A stretch of DNA of 63,846 bases, counting the filler, from Calcarisporiella thermophila CBS 279.70 (taxonomy: Eukaryota > Fungi > Calcarisporiellomycota): NCBI RefSeq assembly GCF_041956535.1. It is 7 parts of 7 records of this genome, joined end to end, with 100 filler letters (N's around TTAATTAATTAA, not from the genome) between each part and the next. Parts side by side here need not be neighbours in the genome. Positions count along the whole stretch, not along the records: positions 1 to 2,977 come from NW_027192195.1; positions 3,078 to 30,407 come from NW_027192219.1; 5 more parts are not named here. The stretch is one strand, 5' to 3'. The notes under the pieces are model-generated. The model was not told where the DNA came from and did not search any database. It saw only the letters and a list, made by a program, of their open reading frames with translations. Both the position numbers and the translations under genes were made by a program. Of this stretch, positions 1 through 14,801 are shown one piece after another (position 1 is the first letter of the stretch; each line of letters opens with the position of its first letter).

Positions 1-1216
1 AAAGCCAAGATGTCAATATCTTGGCTTAGAGAGGCATATCTCGAAAGGCTTGTTCCGTTTCCACAGATCTGCAATATTTAAATACATATTTTTGGAAATA
101 AAAAGCTACTCAAAATATTAAATATAGCACAACTAGATGATAGTAATTTATTTAATATTTTAATCGAAATATAATGCTTATTACAAAAGCTAAAAATCGC
201 AAAAATAACCAATTCTGTTTTCTCTGCCAAGTTGATCGGTATGACAATTTTTCCACCCTTGATTCGCATACCCGATTGCCTCTCACATATATGGCCTTGA
301 CCTTGGAGTCCATTCACACCATATTCCGTTTATTTTTCCACTATTCCTTCCATTTTTATCCAACCATTTAAAACATGCTTCGACTTGACTCACTATCACC
401 CGAATCCCTACAAAAAATCTTCTTAAGGAATTCGCATAAAAATCTTAGCGAAAATTTAAGGCTCCAATTAGAAACCATTTAAAAATGCGAACAAATTTGA
501 GGTGTAGATGTAAGAAAGCTGATAGGTGGGTATATAGGAATATTACGTGACTACATTGTTTTGGTCAAGAACTCGGCCTTAAAAAAATTTTGTGGAATTT
601 TACTTGGCCGTTTTTTTCGGCCGGAATTAACAGCAAAATATCTCAAATTAAATTAGATCTCTAACAAAATGTCGTTTAAAAGGATAAACTACTATGAAGA
701 GGGTATTTATTATAATCATATTTAAGATATGATTTGGTATATTTTATAGCTACGGTCACCACAGCATGTCTGTAAACAATATGTACAAAGAGCATTAGTA
801 TTAAAGATTAATTGCCAAAGGTATGATTAGCAAAATGTTCCTTGTCAATGACATAAATCTGCCGCCCTTTTTGAATCCACCCAACACATCTATCGAGTAC
901 TCTTACATCAACAAATTCCTTTCCTCCTCGAGTGGAAAAACTTCTTAAATCATACACATCATTACTACAATTACCTGCCCTGATTCATTCTGGAAACTCC
1001 CAAATGAGGAAATTTCATGATGACGTAACTATGAAATCAAGAATAGTAATAAGCCACCCCTCCTGCAGAAAATTAAAATTCTATACGTTGCCAATTTTTT
1101 TGAATAAAAAATTTTTCAGACACTTTTTCCCAATGAATCCTTTACCATTAGATATCAATAAAAATATCTCTGATTACCTAGAAAAGTATACAAATGAAAT
1201 AAAAATGCTTAAAAAA

Positions 1217-1921
1217 TCAAATACCCAATCGAGTAAGTTTCTTAAATCCACTCTCCGAATACAAAAGTTTTCCATTGTAGTAGCCAAGAATAAAAATGAG
1301 AGGATATCTCAAATGAAAGTATAAAGGAAAGTCAATCGCGCCAAAGTAATCAAAGTGGCATGCCAGTGAATAGCAAAGGAAGTTGCATGCCCCATATACT
1401 AGCTCATTAAGAATTGCGCTGATCCATATAGCGGTTTTACCGGTATAACGATCGGTAATGAAATAATTCGTAAGCGAGCCCATGGTGGAACCCATTCCAA
1501 TAGTACAGAATATCATAGTCCAAATAAACCTTATGTGAATGTCACGAAAGCCAGAAAATGCTATGATTGAAATAACTAGTAATATCAGCTCACCCAACCC
1601 GGAATTAAAAGTATACAATATAAAAGGTCGAAGATAAAGGTTTCTTCGCTTGATGACTTGGGCAGGAGTATCTGGGTTAATCAATATGATTTCTTTGTCG
1701 ACTACAAGGTATACATTGTTCAAACCAATGATTTGGTCGACACTATCGATTACATTTCCATTTTCATCCTCTAACAGAAAGTTATTATTACAAACAATCC
1801 CCAAACCCTCCGCAACGTCTCTGATTACTTGCTCTATTTTAGAATTGTAACTATAGTGTATGCGAGCCGATGGTCCCGGAAGACCTGAGAAACTTGCTGT
1901 AACTGTTCCTGACATGACCAT
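1217..1921 (-). CDS. Hypothetical intronless membrane protein (soluble ~90-aa N-terminal domain, possibly ubiquitin-like, plus ~4 TM helices)
   Basis: Uninterrupted 234-aa ORF in AT-rich context; hydrophobic segments from ~aa 95 onward. Confidence 0.6.
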   Translation of the reverse strand: MVMSGTVTASFSGLPGPSARIHYSYNSKIEQVIRDVAEGLGIVCNNNFLLEDENGNVIDSVDQIIGLNNVYLVVDKEIILINPDTPAQVIKRRNLYLRPFILYTFNSGLGELILLVISIIAFSGFRDIHIRFIWTMIFCTIGMGSTMGSLTNYFITDRYTGKTAIWISAILNELVYGACNFLCYSLACHFDYFGAIDFPLYFHLRYPLIFILGYYNGKLLYSESGFKKLTRLGI

Positions 1922-2977
1922 AAACCGAAATATATCAAGCCAAAAGAATGCTATAATTTGCTAATAGAAAGTGATTTAGTGACACTTCAAAATTCTTTTA
2001 GATAATTGTAAGCAAAAAGCATTGTGTATTAACAACAGGATTAAATATTATAAAGAAAGTTCCGTCATCCGGGCATATTACCTAAGTTATAATTAATTCA
2101 TGTGAGCAGAATTGCAATTTCATTAGACATCAGTCAGAAAAAGTATGAATTACGCCCAATTTTGTATCAAATTTTGAGACCCCGAGTAATTGAGAGATTT
2201 ATTAACTTTACTATATATGAGCGACAACTATAACAGGAAAAAAATTTACCGGTTTTACCAGAAACATTATAACTTTAATAATCCGGCAGAAATATCTAAA
2301 CATTTACGCCAAATGTTTTGTGCCTTTTAAAAAAGGCACAAAACCACACTTGGTTTACTCAATATTCGAAACTATTACTCGGAAAAATCATATTTTGATT
2401 AGTATCCATTAATTATGCCGAGTTAAACGATGCTGATAAATCTCTAATTATCAAGAAATCTTGTGAAAAAGAATTTTCAGTATTTCCATCATTTATAATT
2501 GTTGATTACACAAAATTGATCGATCGGCTAAAGGACAAGCTCATGGTACCAAGGCGCCTAAGACTCGGGGCATCATCATATCTTTTATAAGCCTCTGTAT
2601 ATACATGGATATTTAATACTCTGAGAGTTTTGACTTTGACAATTTAGCAACCTCTACTATCTTATCCCTTAAAAACTTGCATCACTTATAAAATCATGGT
2701 GCAAAATACTACTGTCATTTTCAAAGCCATCCCTCAACAAGTTCCTGTTATTGATGAGCATCTCGTCGTTGAAAGACGCGAATTTGGGAGATTCCAAGCC
2801 TGAGCAGACATACTAGATTTAGAAATTGTAGAATCAGGGTTTCAGAAATATCTGCAACTGTTAATATATCTTTTAAAAATTCGTTAATAATTCTCGAAAA
2901 TTTTTGCTTTGCATTCTTCATCCCAACATCAAAAATTGTATACCGAATTTATACCGACTTATATACCAATTATATCG

Positions 2978-3077
2978 NNNNNNNNNNNNNNNNNNNNNNN
3001 NNNNNNNNNNNNNNNNNNNNNTTAATTAATTAANNNNNNNNNNNNNNNNNNNNNNNNNNNNNNNNNNNNNNNNNNNN
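2978..3077. other. Artificial contig linker (44 N + TTAATTAATTAA + 44 N)
   Basis: Fixed 100-nt N/TTAATTAATTAA/N block with stops in all six frames; repeated at 30408-30507, 33737-33836, 36957-37056, 47476-47575 and 62472-62571. A plain N gap lies at 52798-53329. Confidence 0.95.
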
Positions 3078-3083
3078 TTCACG

Positions 3084-3126
3084 TCGGAAAGGGTAGTGTC
3101 GGAAAGGGTAGTGTCGGAATGTGTAG
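3084..3126. repeat. Short tandem repeat, 15-bp unit GTCGGAAAGGGTAGT, ~3 copies, next to a gap
   Basis: gtcggaaagggtagt gtcggaaagggtagt gtcggaatgtgta read directly. Confidence 0.8.
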
Positions 3127-3250
3127 ATAGTATGGCAGAATGGTATGACCATATAGCTGGTCGGCCCCATTCTCGACCTACAACCCCAAAGGGAAATTTT
3201 TTGGTAGCATGTCTAATTGATATCGGATAAAATGAAAAAATTTTCAACAA

Positions 3251-3323
3251 GCCCGGCTAGCTCAATCGGTAGAGCGTGAGACTCTTAATCTCAAGGTTGT
3301 GGGTTCGACCCCCACGTTGGGCG
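3251..3323 (+). tRNA. tRNA-Lys(CTT)
   Basis: Cloverleaf GCCCGGC...GTTGGGC-G; anticodon loop CT-CTT-AA; T-loop GGTTCGACCCC; downstream T-run (Pol III terminator). Confidence 0.97.
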
Positions 3324-3957
3324 CTTTTTTATATTTCTCTAGACATTCAAAGATCTTAGTCTTACATCTAGTTTTGACTGTTCATACACAGCTTGAGAAT
3401 GATGGCAATTTTGAGATGTAATTTTGAATTGTCTAGGATTACGTATATCATTTATCTACATACAAATCCAAATCCCCCGCACCCAGTTTTCTGTGCAATT
3501 TTATTATACATGTTTATGGAGATGCTGTCGGTTGTAAAAATGATGTATTGACTGCTTTTGTAGATAATAGCGCTTTAGTCTTATATCAACTGGGGAATTC
3601 TTGCCTTCTAATTTTCTTGTAATTATGGGAGCTACATTAATGTCCTTTTTTTTAAGGCGTGAAGTTATCACGGTGGAGGTGGAATAGATTGGTGAAGTTC
3701 TTCTTTTTCATATCAGGTGGAGTTACCCATGATAATTATTTGTTATTTATCCTTCCATTCTGTGTATTTCTCGAACTGAAGTTTTTGTGCAACCGTGAAA
3801 ATCTAGCAGCTATAGGGAAAACAAATCCTTACTTTGACTCTCTCCATTCCATCTCTCGCTGAATTTCTTCCTTAGCTAGCCCCATTCTTTCGCTTAGTTC
3901 TCCCAGCTGCATCATCAACTTAATCCCCTTGTCTTGTTCTCAAGATCTTTCGGTTTA

Positions 3958-4959
3958 ATGCGCTCCTCACCCTCGAACCCAAGGCGCCCTCCCCTTAAAG
4001 CTCCACCCTCCCTACAAATCCCCTCACAGCGTCACCTTGTACCACCCTCGCCAGTAGCTCCAGTGGCTGCATCGCGAGTACGCACCCTTTCATTTAACTC
4101 ACATTCACATACGAAAGATGATCGTTCGGACTCCGATTTAGAGAGTACAAATGGGAGTGTATTGAGCAATTCTTTTGGAAGCGATTGGAGTCTATCGAGA
4201 GGCGAACGATTAGGAGGCAGCGGGGATGTAGAGATTAATGCTGGTGCAAATGGTACAGGGAGAATTCGTGTGAAAGCCTCCAATATTCTCAATGGCAAAA
4301 TAAGAGATACTCCTGGGAACGGTAAATCCAGTGGGAGAGGTACTGAAGAAGCAAGAAACAATCGAAAAGTAAGATGCAGCGGTCTTGGATTGAACTGGAA
4401 ATAACCAATTACTGACCATTTTGCACATTGTTTTGATAATATGTTAGATGCTGGATCTCGAAATTTCAAATAAATCGCTAATGGCTATCAACGAGAACCT
4501 GGAGGCACTGGTTAGGAAACAAGCTAACGAAATCTCCAGACTAAAAAAACGAATCGCTCGGTAATTTAGGATTTCCTAGCTGTTTCCACTTCTTGCCTAC
4601 CTCATCGCTTTCTCATTTCCTTTTGTAGTGGGGATTCATATAACAGTTTAGATACTCCTTTAAGTGAAGATACCGAATTCGATTTCGACCTCACAGAAGA
4701 TGAGCAAGACGAAGATTTCCGTTTCAAGCGCTTATGTATAACAATAGACACACTTATTAAGGAATGCAAGAGTGCGCTTGCACTAGAGAGAAAGGCGGGA
4801 GGCGGAAAAGTCTTATCACCCTTCGATACATGTATTTATTCACCTTATTTTCTTCTTAACCGCCCTTCGTACTAACCCTTATCTTCGGTCACTTTAGTGG
4901 ATAAAGACCCGCTCGACGAAGCAGTATCAATAGAGTCTACTTTCCAACCCATCACATAG
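3958..4959 (+). CDS. Conserved fungal hypothetical coiled-coil protein (4 exons, missed as a whole by the ORF track)
   Basis: Splicing ~3958-4368, 4448-4560, 4629-4831 and 4898-4959 at GT-AG sites gives EEARNNRK-MLDLEISNKSLMAINENLE...LIKECKSAL...GGKVLSP. This matches a motif I recall from conserved fungal proteins (RK.LDLEISN.SL.AIN). Start codon uncertain. Confidence 0.7.
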
Positions 4960-5282
4960 GAATTCCCTTCCCCTCTCTTCTCTAGCTAGCTTCGTTTACC
5001 CCTTTAATTTCCATCCAATTGCTTTTATCTATATATATATAATTCATCGTTGTGATTGCTATTTATTCCCGCTTCCTTCCCCTTTTCCCTCCCCTCCTTC
5101 CCTCTTTTCCTCTCCTAAACCTTGCACCAGAATGTTTTTTCCTTTTCTCTCATTTTATAGGATATTTCCCAACTTATTCTCAAAGATATACTCCTTGTTT
5201 ATAGTTTTACAAAAGAAATCACCATACCCTTCGCCTTAATCTAATAAATATAGCACTTAAATTCAAGCTCGAAGGAAAAAAA

Positions 5283-7025
5283 TTAAGCTCGGGCAAGGCG
5301 GCGTGCAAATTCGATCAGAGACCGAGTTGGACGTCCGGACATGCCCTTCACATGGTATCCAGAATCGGAGGTAGTATCCATCACACCAGCAATATCTGTT
5401 TAGGAGTTCATGGTCGAAAGGGGAGAAAGTGAGTCGGGTGTAAATAAGAATAGTTCAAAGAAGAGAGAAAACATAGGTGAAATGATACTTACCGATATGC
5501 GCGTAACGGATCTTGTCCTCGAAGCCAACCTCGCCCTCTTCAACAGCGCCCTCTACCCCCTCGTCTTCGGGATTGAGTCCGTGTACGAATTCTTTCAAGA
5601 AGATCGCCGCGGTGCACGAGCCACCGGCACGGCCAGCAGAGTTGATCAAGTCGGCAGTCGTGGACTTGGTGATGAGCTTCTTGTACTCGACATTAAGAGG
5701 CATACGCCAGAATGGATCGGCCTCAGCCTCTCCCGCAGATTCAAGCTCCTTATATAGCGAGGTCGAGTTGGTGAACACACCAGAATAAACACCGCCGAGG
5801 GCAACCGCCATGGCGCCGGTGAGGGTAGCGACGTCGATCAGAGTGCGGGGTTTGAATGTGGAGGATGCGTAGTAGAGGGCATCTGCAAGGATGAGGCGGC
5901 CCTCAGCATCCGTATTGTCGATTTCAATGGTCTTGCCGTTCGAGGCGCGGACAACATCTCCGGGTTTGTTGGCGGTGCCGGACGGAAGATTCTCGCACAA
6001 TGGAATAAAGGCTTTGACATTGAGAGGAATTCCCACATGGGCAATGCCGTACATCGTACCAAGTACGGTGGCAGCGCCTCCCATATCGCCCTTCATGGCA
6101 GACATACCAGCAGCAGGCTTAAGCGAAATACCTCCGGCATCAAAGGTGATACCTTTGCCCACCAGCGCCAACGCAGTCTCATCAGACTTGGCGGCATCGC
6201 CGGTATAGTGAATCTCAACGAACCGAAGAGGCTCTGCCGATCCCTTTGCAACTGAGAGGAATGAGCCCATATTATGGCTCTCAGCCCACTCTTTGTCGTG
6301 GATGAATACCTCCACACCTTTTACACCCTCAAAGCATTCCTTTGCGCGCTCGGCAAAAATAGTAGGCGTCATCAAGTTGGCAGGGGTCTCCATCAGGCGG
6401 CGGGCCAAGTTTTGGGATTTGGCGTAGATAACACCGGTGTTCCAGTTGAGCTCGCCCTCTGAAGATGGGTTGAGCGGCTGCAGCTCCACGGCGGCCTTTT
6501 GTGACTTGGTGGCTTTGAGCTCATCAAATCGGTAGAGCGCGAGATGAGCACCCTCTGCGGCAGCGTGAGCACTCTCCATATTGTCGATCTGGATAGTGGT
6601 AGCTCCCTGCTCGCGCAGAGACTTGGCTCCAATTGCGGCCTAAATTAGAGAGAGTTAGTCCCACGGCCAGCTCGCCCTAGATGGGCACAGAATTATCTAC
6701 TTACAGCAAGCCTCGTGCTCTCAGCGTCGCCCTCCTTTACCCCCATCACGGCAACACGTGACCATTGCTCTGAAGGATATACGATGCGGCATTCCCCAGG
6801 CTTGCCCTGGGCACCAGAGGATTTCCACTGGTTGAAAACTTGCGGGTGGAGCTCTGAGCCTGCCGCGCGCAGAGAAGTAGCATTGGGCTTAATGCTAGTA
6901 ATGAGCGAGGGGAGCTGTGGAGTAGTAGCTTCGGAGTGCATGTTAGTTCTCAAAACCGATGATGCAGCGGAATGGGATGAGGATAAGGTTATGCGACGAG
7001 AGAGTTGTGCAGTGATGCGGTGCAT
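5283..7025 (-). CDS. M17 leucine aminopeptidase (3 exons; possible mitochondrial presequence)
   Basis: VGKGITFDAGGISLK, MKGDMGGA, NTDAEGRL, DVATLTGA; HI|DIAG reconstructed across the last intron; Arg/Ser-rich N-terminus. Confidence 0.95.
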
Positions 7026-7408
7026 AGCCTAGCTAAGGTTTCTAAGCTGGTTAAACAGGTCGCAGTTAAATTTATTTATTTATATATTGCTTGGGCCAAT
7101 AATGAAATATATTCTAGTTTAGCGTGTGAAAATCTAGTGCAAAAGATTATGATTGATCCAAGAACCAATGTTTGGGCTCCTCATCCTTATTAATGAGCCG
7201 AGAAATATAAAAAAAGGAAAAAAGTTTCGAAGGGGGATACGAGAACGTAGAGGAAAAATTGGTGATGTCACACACAAAAGGTAGGGAGGGAAGCCTAATA
7301 AACATCTCGCAAAAAATATAATATATATAGCCAGCATTTTACCGTTTATGTTTATATATCAAGAGTAAAGATATATATGTTTCAAGAAATTGGAAAAAAA
7401 GTTCACTC

Positions 7409-9499
7409 TTAAATTTCGATGTTATTCTCCTGGCAGTGCGCACGAACGCTTTCAAATACCTTGAGCATCTTTCTTCGGGCACCTAAGGCCGCCACTCCTT
7501 TAGCCTCTAACTCCTCGTCGCTCATTTTAACCATTTCACGCCAATTCACCCCTTCAAAATTGGGAGTGTACTTATGCAACCGCAGACTCCTTAACCAGGC
7601 AGGAATATCTAAGCAGAGAAATATACAAAAAATGGGGAGGAGGGGGATTAGGCGTATTGTTTCTAATTATTTCATACGGCAATAGGGAAATACCATTCAT
7701 CAGATTTAGATCTATGGATTCGGGCTTCTTTTCTTTGGATTGAGAAACGGGGCTCGCCGACCTCTGTCGAGATCGATCGTTGTGGTCACTCAAATATGCT
7801 TCGTGATCATCACCGGCAGACAAGAAATTTTTCCCACCCACCGCACTACCTCCACCACTATTATTCTGGTTAACTCGTTTTCCAGGCAACCGCATTTGAC
7901 CAGATCCAGGCTGCTGGCGATAGGGTGATGGCGATCGTGAGTGATGCGGACTTGCAGACGGAGGATAGCGTGGCGACGTAGGCGTAGGTGATCTACGGAC
8001 TGGATGCTGCACCCTATCTAACACAGTAGGCTCATCACCTTCATAAGTGGAAAGGACAATATTGGTAGTCGTGCTAGACGCGGCGGCATCGTCAGCTTGA
8101 GGTTTACGTCGCCGCCAGTTGCGAGGATCGCGGTCCAATAATACCCCGCTCCCGCTTGCACCCATGATCCCTGAACGAACACTTGCACTGTTTGACCATG
8201 GCTGGAGCTTGCTGGGTTGATCACCGCCCGCCCATTCGCCAGCAGCCATTCTCTCTCCGAAAGAAGCAAGACTTGTTGGCGAGAGGACACCCCAGGTTGC
8301 CAAAGATTTCATTGAGTCGCTCTCTACATACGAGCGCGGGCGATCCTGGTTATTTGAATTTCCGTTATTATTATTACCGACTTCGCCACCTCCCGCAAGC
8401 AACGTTGGGGGCACAAGGGAGGTTACATCTGCAGATTTCGGTCGCTCTTCCAGATCTCCGGATGCACCAGATGGATATCGCGGTGAAGTTTCTGTCACTG
8501 TCGTGAGAGTTCGTGGGAACCACTTCGTTGCAAAAAGGGATTCACCCTCTGCAGCAGACTTGGGCCTTCCCATCATGAACGTCGGATCGCTAGCACGTGC
8601 GTTCTTGAGGTTCTGCTCCTCAAGCAAGTTATTGTGACCAACACTAGCGGGACGAGCATGCGCAGAGAGAAACTCTTGCTTGCTAAATCTATTGGCAGAG
8701 GAAATTGAGGGGTCTTCGTCCTCTCCACGCTCACTCAGCGCCATTGAATTGCGGCCGTAGATTCTACGTCCACTTCCTATGCCTCCTTGTTGTGGTTGCA
8801 GAGACTGCCGTTGCTGGAACGATCGATTATCGGCCTTTGACAAAGCAATATTTAGCTGAGCCTGCATCGACTCGCGTTCTGGATTTGCGGGCGACATCAA
8901 AGAGCCCATGTCACGCCGATCCATCTGCTGCAGAACCGCAATAAAAAAGCGCACCTGCACAGCATTACAATATTGAAGCAGACTATAGAGAGCGGCAGTC
9001 CGCTCAGCATCTGAAAGTGCACCGAACCACTGGTCGATTGCGCTGAGTTCCTCTTTAAAGGTTTGGTCTAGACTAGCCTGTGCCATCTCCTCAATAGTTT
9101 GCTCATATTGCTGCAATTCTTTGAGCCATGACTCGAGAGCTTGTGCTAAAGGCCGAGATTGTAGTGTAAGGTTAATTTCATCTAGGAGAAAGTGCAAAGT
9201 ATACTCTATTCACCTTCAGGAGAATTGAAAGCGCCCTTGCTCTGCCGTTGTAGCACTTCTGAGTTTGGACGACGTACGGAGCTTGGGGGAGCAAGCCCAA
9301 TCATATCGGACATGTGCCTCATCCCCACTCCACTCCCAACACTCCCCTTATTACCAGGGACACCAGAGCTATTAAGCCCAAATCCTTGCGATTTTTGGGG
9401 GGTAGCTTTCCCAGTCGATGAATTAACACCATTCCGTTCTTGCCCAGAAGGATTAATAAGTGAATAAGCAGTTTCGGAGGCGGCTCGATGAACTGACAT
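7409..9499 (-). CDS. VTS1: VTS1/Smaug-family SAM-domain RNA-binding protein (3 exons)
   Basis: N-terminal [30 protein letters not shown] block; C-terminal SAM exon [20 protein letters not shown]...[15 protein letters not shown], stop at 7409-7411. Confidence 0.92.
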
Positions 9500-10332
9500 T
9501 ATATTATTGCGGCTGAAGAGATCAAATTAGTAAATCCAAACGTTATCAGAGATCAAATCTTGAACTGAAAGAAGAGAAGAGTAAAATATTCACACCTTTA
9601 CAGATAAAAAAAATTGATTCACGAGAATAAGAATTCAACGGTCCAGCCGCAAATAATTGGCGGATCTACCAGTATAAAATGCTTTAAGATGATATGTTAT
9701 CTCTTCAAGAGATGTCTGGATGGAAAAGGAAGAGGAAACAAAAATAAGAAATTAAACGATCGCTGATCGTAATTTGTTTATTTACTCCCAATTTCCGGAA
9801 TGTATCTGAGAAATGGAAAAAAAAGGGAGAGAAAGAAGGGTGAGAATGAGGAAATAGGAGAACAAACAATGAATCTCCACAAGGTGTTACAAGGTAACTC
9901 GTGAATTGCATCAAGAAAATTCCTCGATAAAATAACCCAAGAAGAGGCAATTGGTTGAATAAAGTACAATACCCAAGTGATGCCCTTGATCCTAATAGTT
10001 AACCCAACACTGTGCAAGGCAATCATCACAAGCTATTTAAAACTCCTCATACCTACATATTTCCTTATCTTTGTTGTATCTCACAGGGGTGGAACCCAGG
10101 ATTCTTCTAACTGCTTTCTATGCGGTAAAATGCTTGAAGCATATTTGCCACGATTTCTATGATGAGCGGTCAGACAATATGATCAGTCGATTAACGTGAC
10201 TCTAAACTCCTATTCTTGTGGCCATCTTTCTGGTGGTTTTCAACAAATCCAGGATCGATATTGCATTATTACATCCATGTTTTATTTGCAATTAGTTTCA
10301 GATATACGGGACAAAAAAATTTTCGACTTGAA

Positions 10333-14118
<3,786 letters not shown>

Positions 14119-14310
14119 TTCGCGATTATCATAGAGTACGTAAAAAAAAAAAAGGAGAGCAGATGCAAATTGGACTGCTCTTTGCCACTCGTTCTCGAAA
14201 CATATAAAATTTTCTGACCAAAGAAAACGTTTGGAAAGCAAATAACTAACAAGGCTTTGGACAAAATGGCAATACTCTCGTTTATTATTGGATATAAAAA
14301 TTATTAAAGT

Positions 14311-14383
14311 CGCCCAACGTGGGGGTCGAACCCACAGCCTTGAGATTAAGAGTCTCACGCTCTACCGATTGAGCTAGCCGGGC
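14311..14383 (-). tRNA. tRNA-Lys(CTT), second copy
   Basis: Reverse complement matches 3251-3323 except one variable-loop base (AAGGCTG vs AAGGTTG). Confidence 0.97.
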
Positions 14384-14464
14384 TTATCAAAACTGTTGCG
14401 TCGAATAATAGACTAATAAGGTCTATCCTGACAATCCTCTAGCTATCCAAGCCTCCTTTCCTCC

Positions 14465-14801
14465 GGGGGAGGGTTAGTGTAGTGGACTATCCCTGGGATG
14501 CCGATGAGAACGGCGTGGGTTCGAATCCCACTTCCCCCACCAGCACTTACTCTTAGTTTGTGACTGCTATCCACTTGATCAGAAGTTGAGTCTTGATTAT
14601 TGAAAAGACCGCCCTTACGATAAGTACAAAAGATTACATCGGTTTCACGTACATGCTATACACGACAACTGCGATACACGCATATCGATTGAAAGTCTAT
14701 CGATCAAGGACCTATATCTCGTCATGTTAAGTCCATTGACATTAACTTCATGTAATATATGGAAATTAAATAAAAGTTTCCATTGATTGATCAAAAAAAA
14801 A
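14465..14801 (+). mobile_element. tRNA-derived SINE, family A, full length with poly(A) and TSD
   Basis: A box TAGTGTAGTGG (14475-14485); B box GGTTCGAATCC (14518-14528); acceptor stem GGGGGAG/TTCCCCC + A + CCA (to 14542); AATAAAAG then A11 (14793-14803); direct repeat AAGCCTCCTTTCCTCC at 14449-14464 and 14802-14817. Confidence 0.88.

Noticed and set aside
3022-3033. Recurrent TTAATTAATTAA palindrome
   Set aside because: Always centred in a 100-nt N block; an artificial six-frame-stop linker, not biology
3084-3126. CRISPR-like array
   Set aside because: Head-to-tail repeats with no spacers, in a eukaryotic context
5410-6632. Many overlapping antisense and alternative-frame ORFs over LAP (similarly over NMA111, VTS1, rvt)
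   Set aside because: Expected shadow ORFs of GC-richer coding sequence; no independent motifs
14465-14542. Functional tRNA (Sec, Leu-GAG) or bacterial tRNA/tmRNA contamination
   Set aside because: No TCA anticodon, non-canonical arm spacing, and it is the head of a poly(A)/TSD-bounded element embedded between fungal genes
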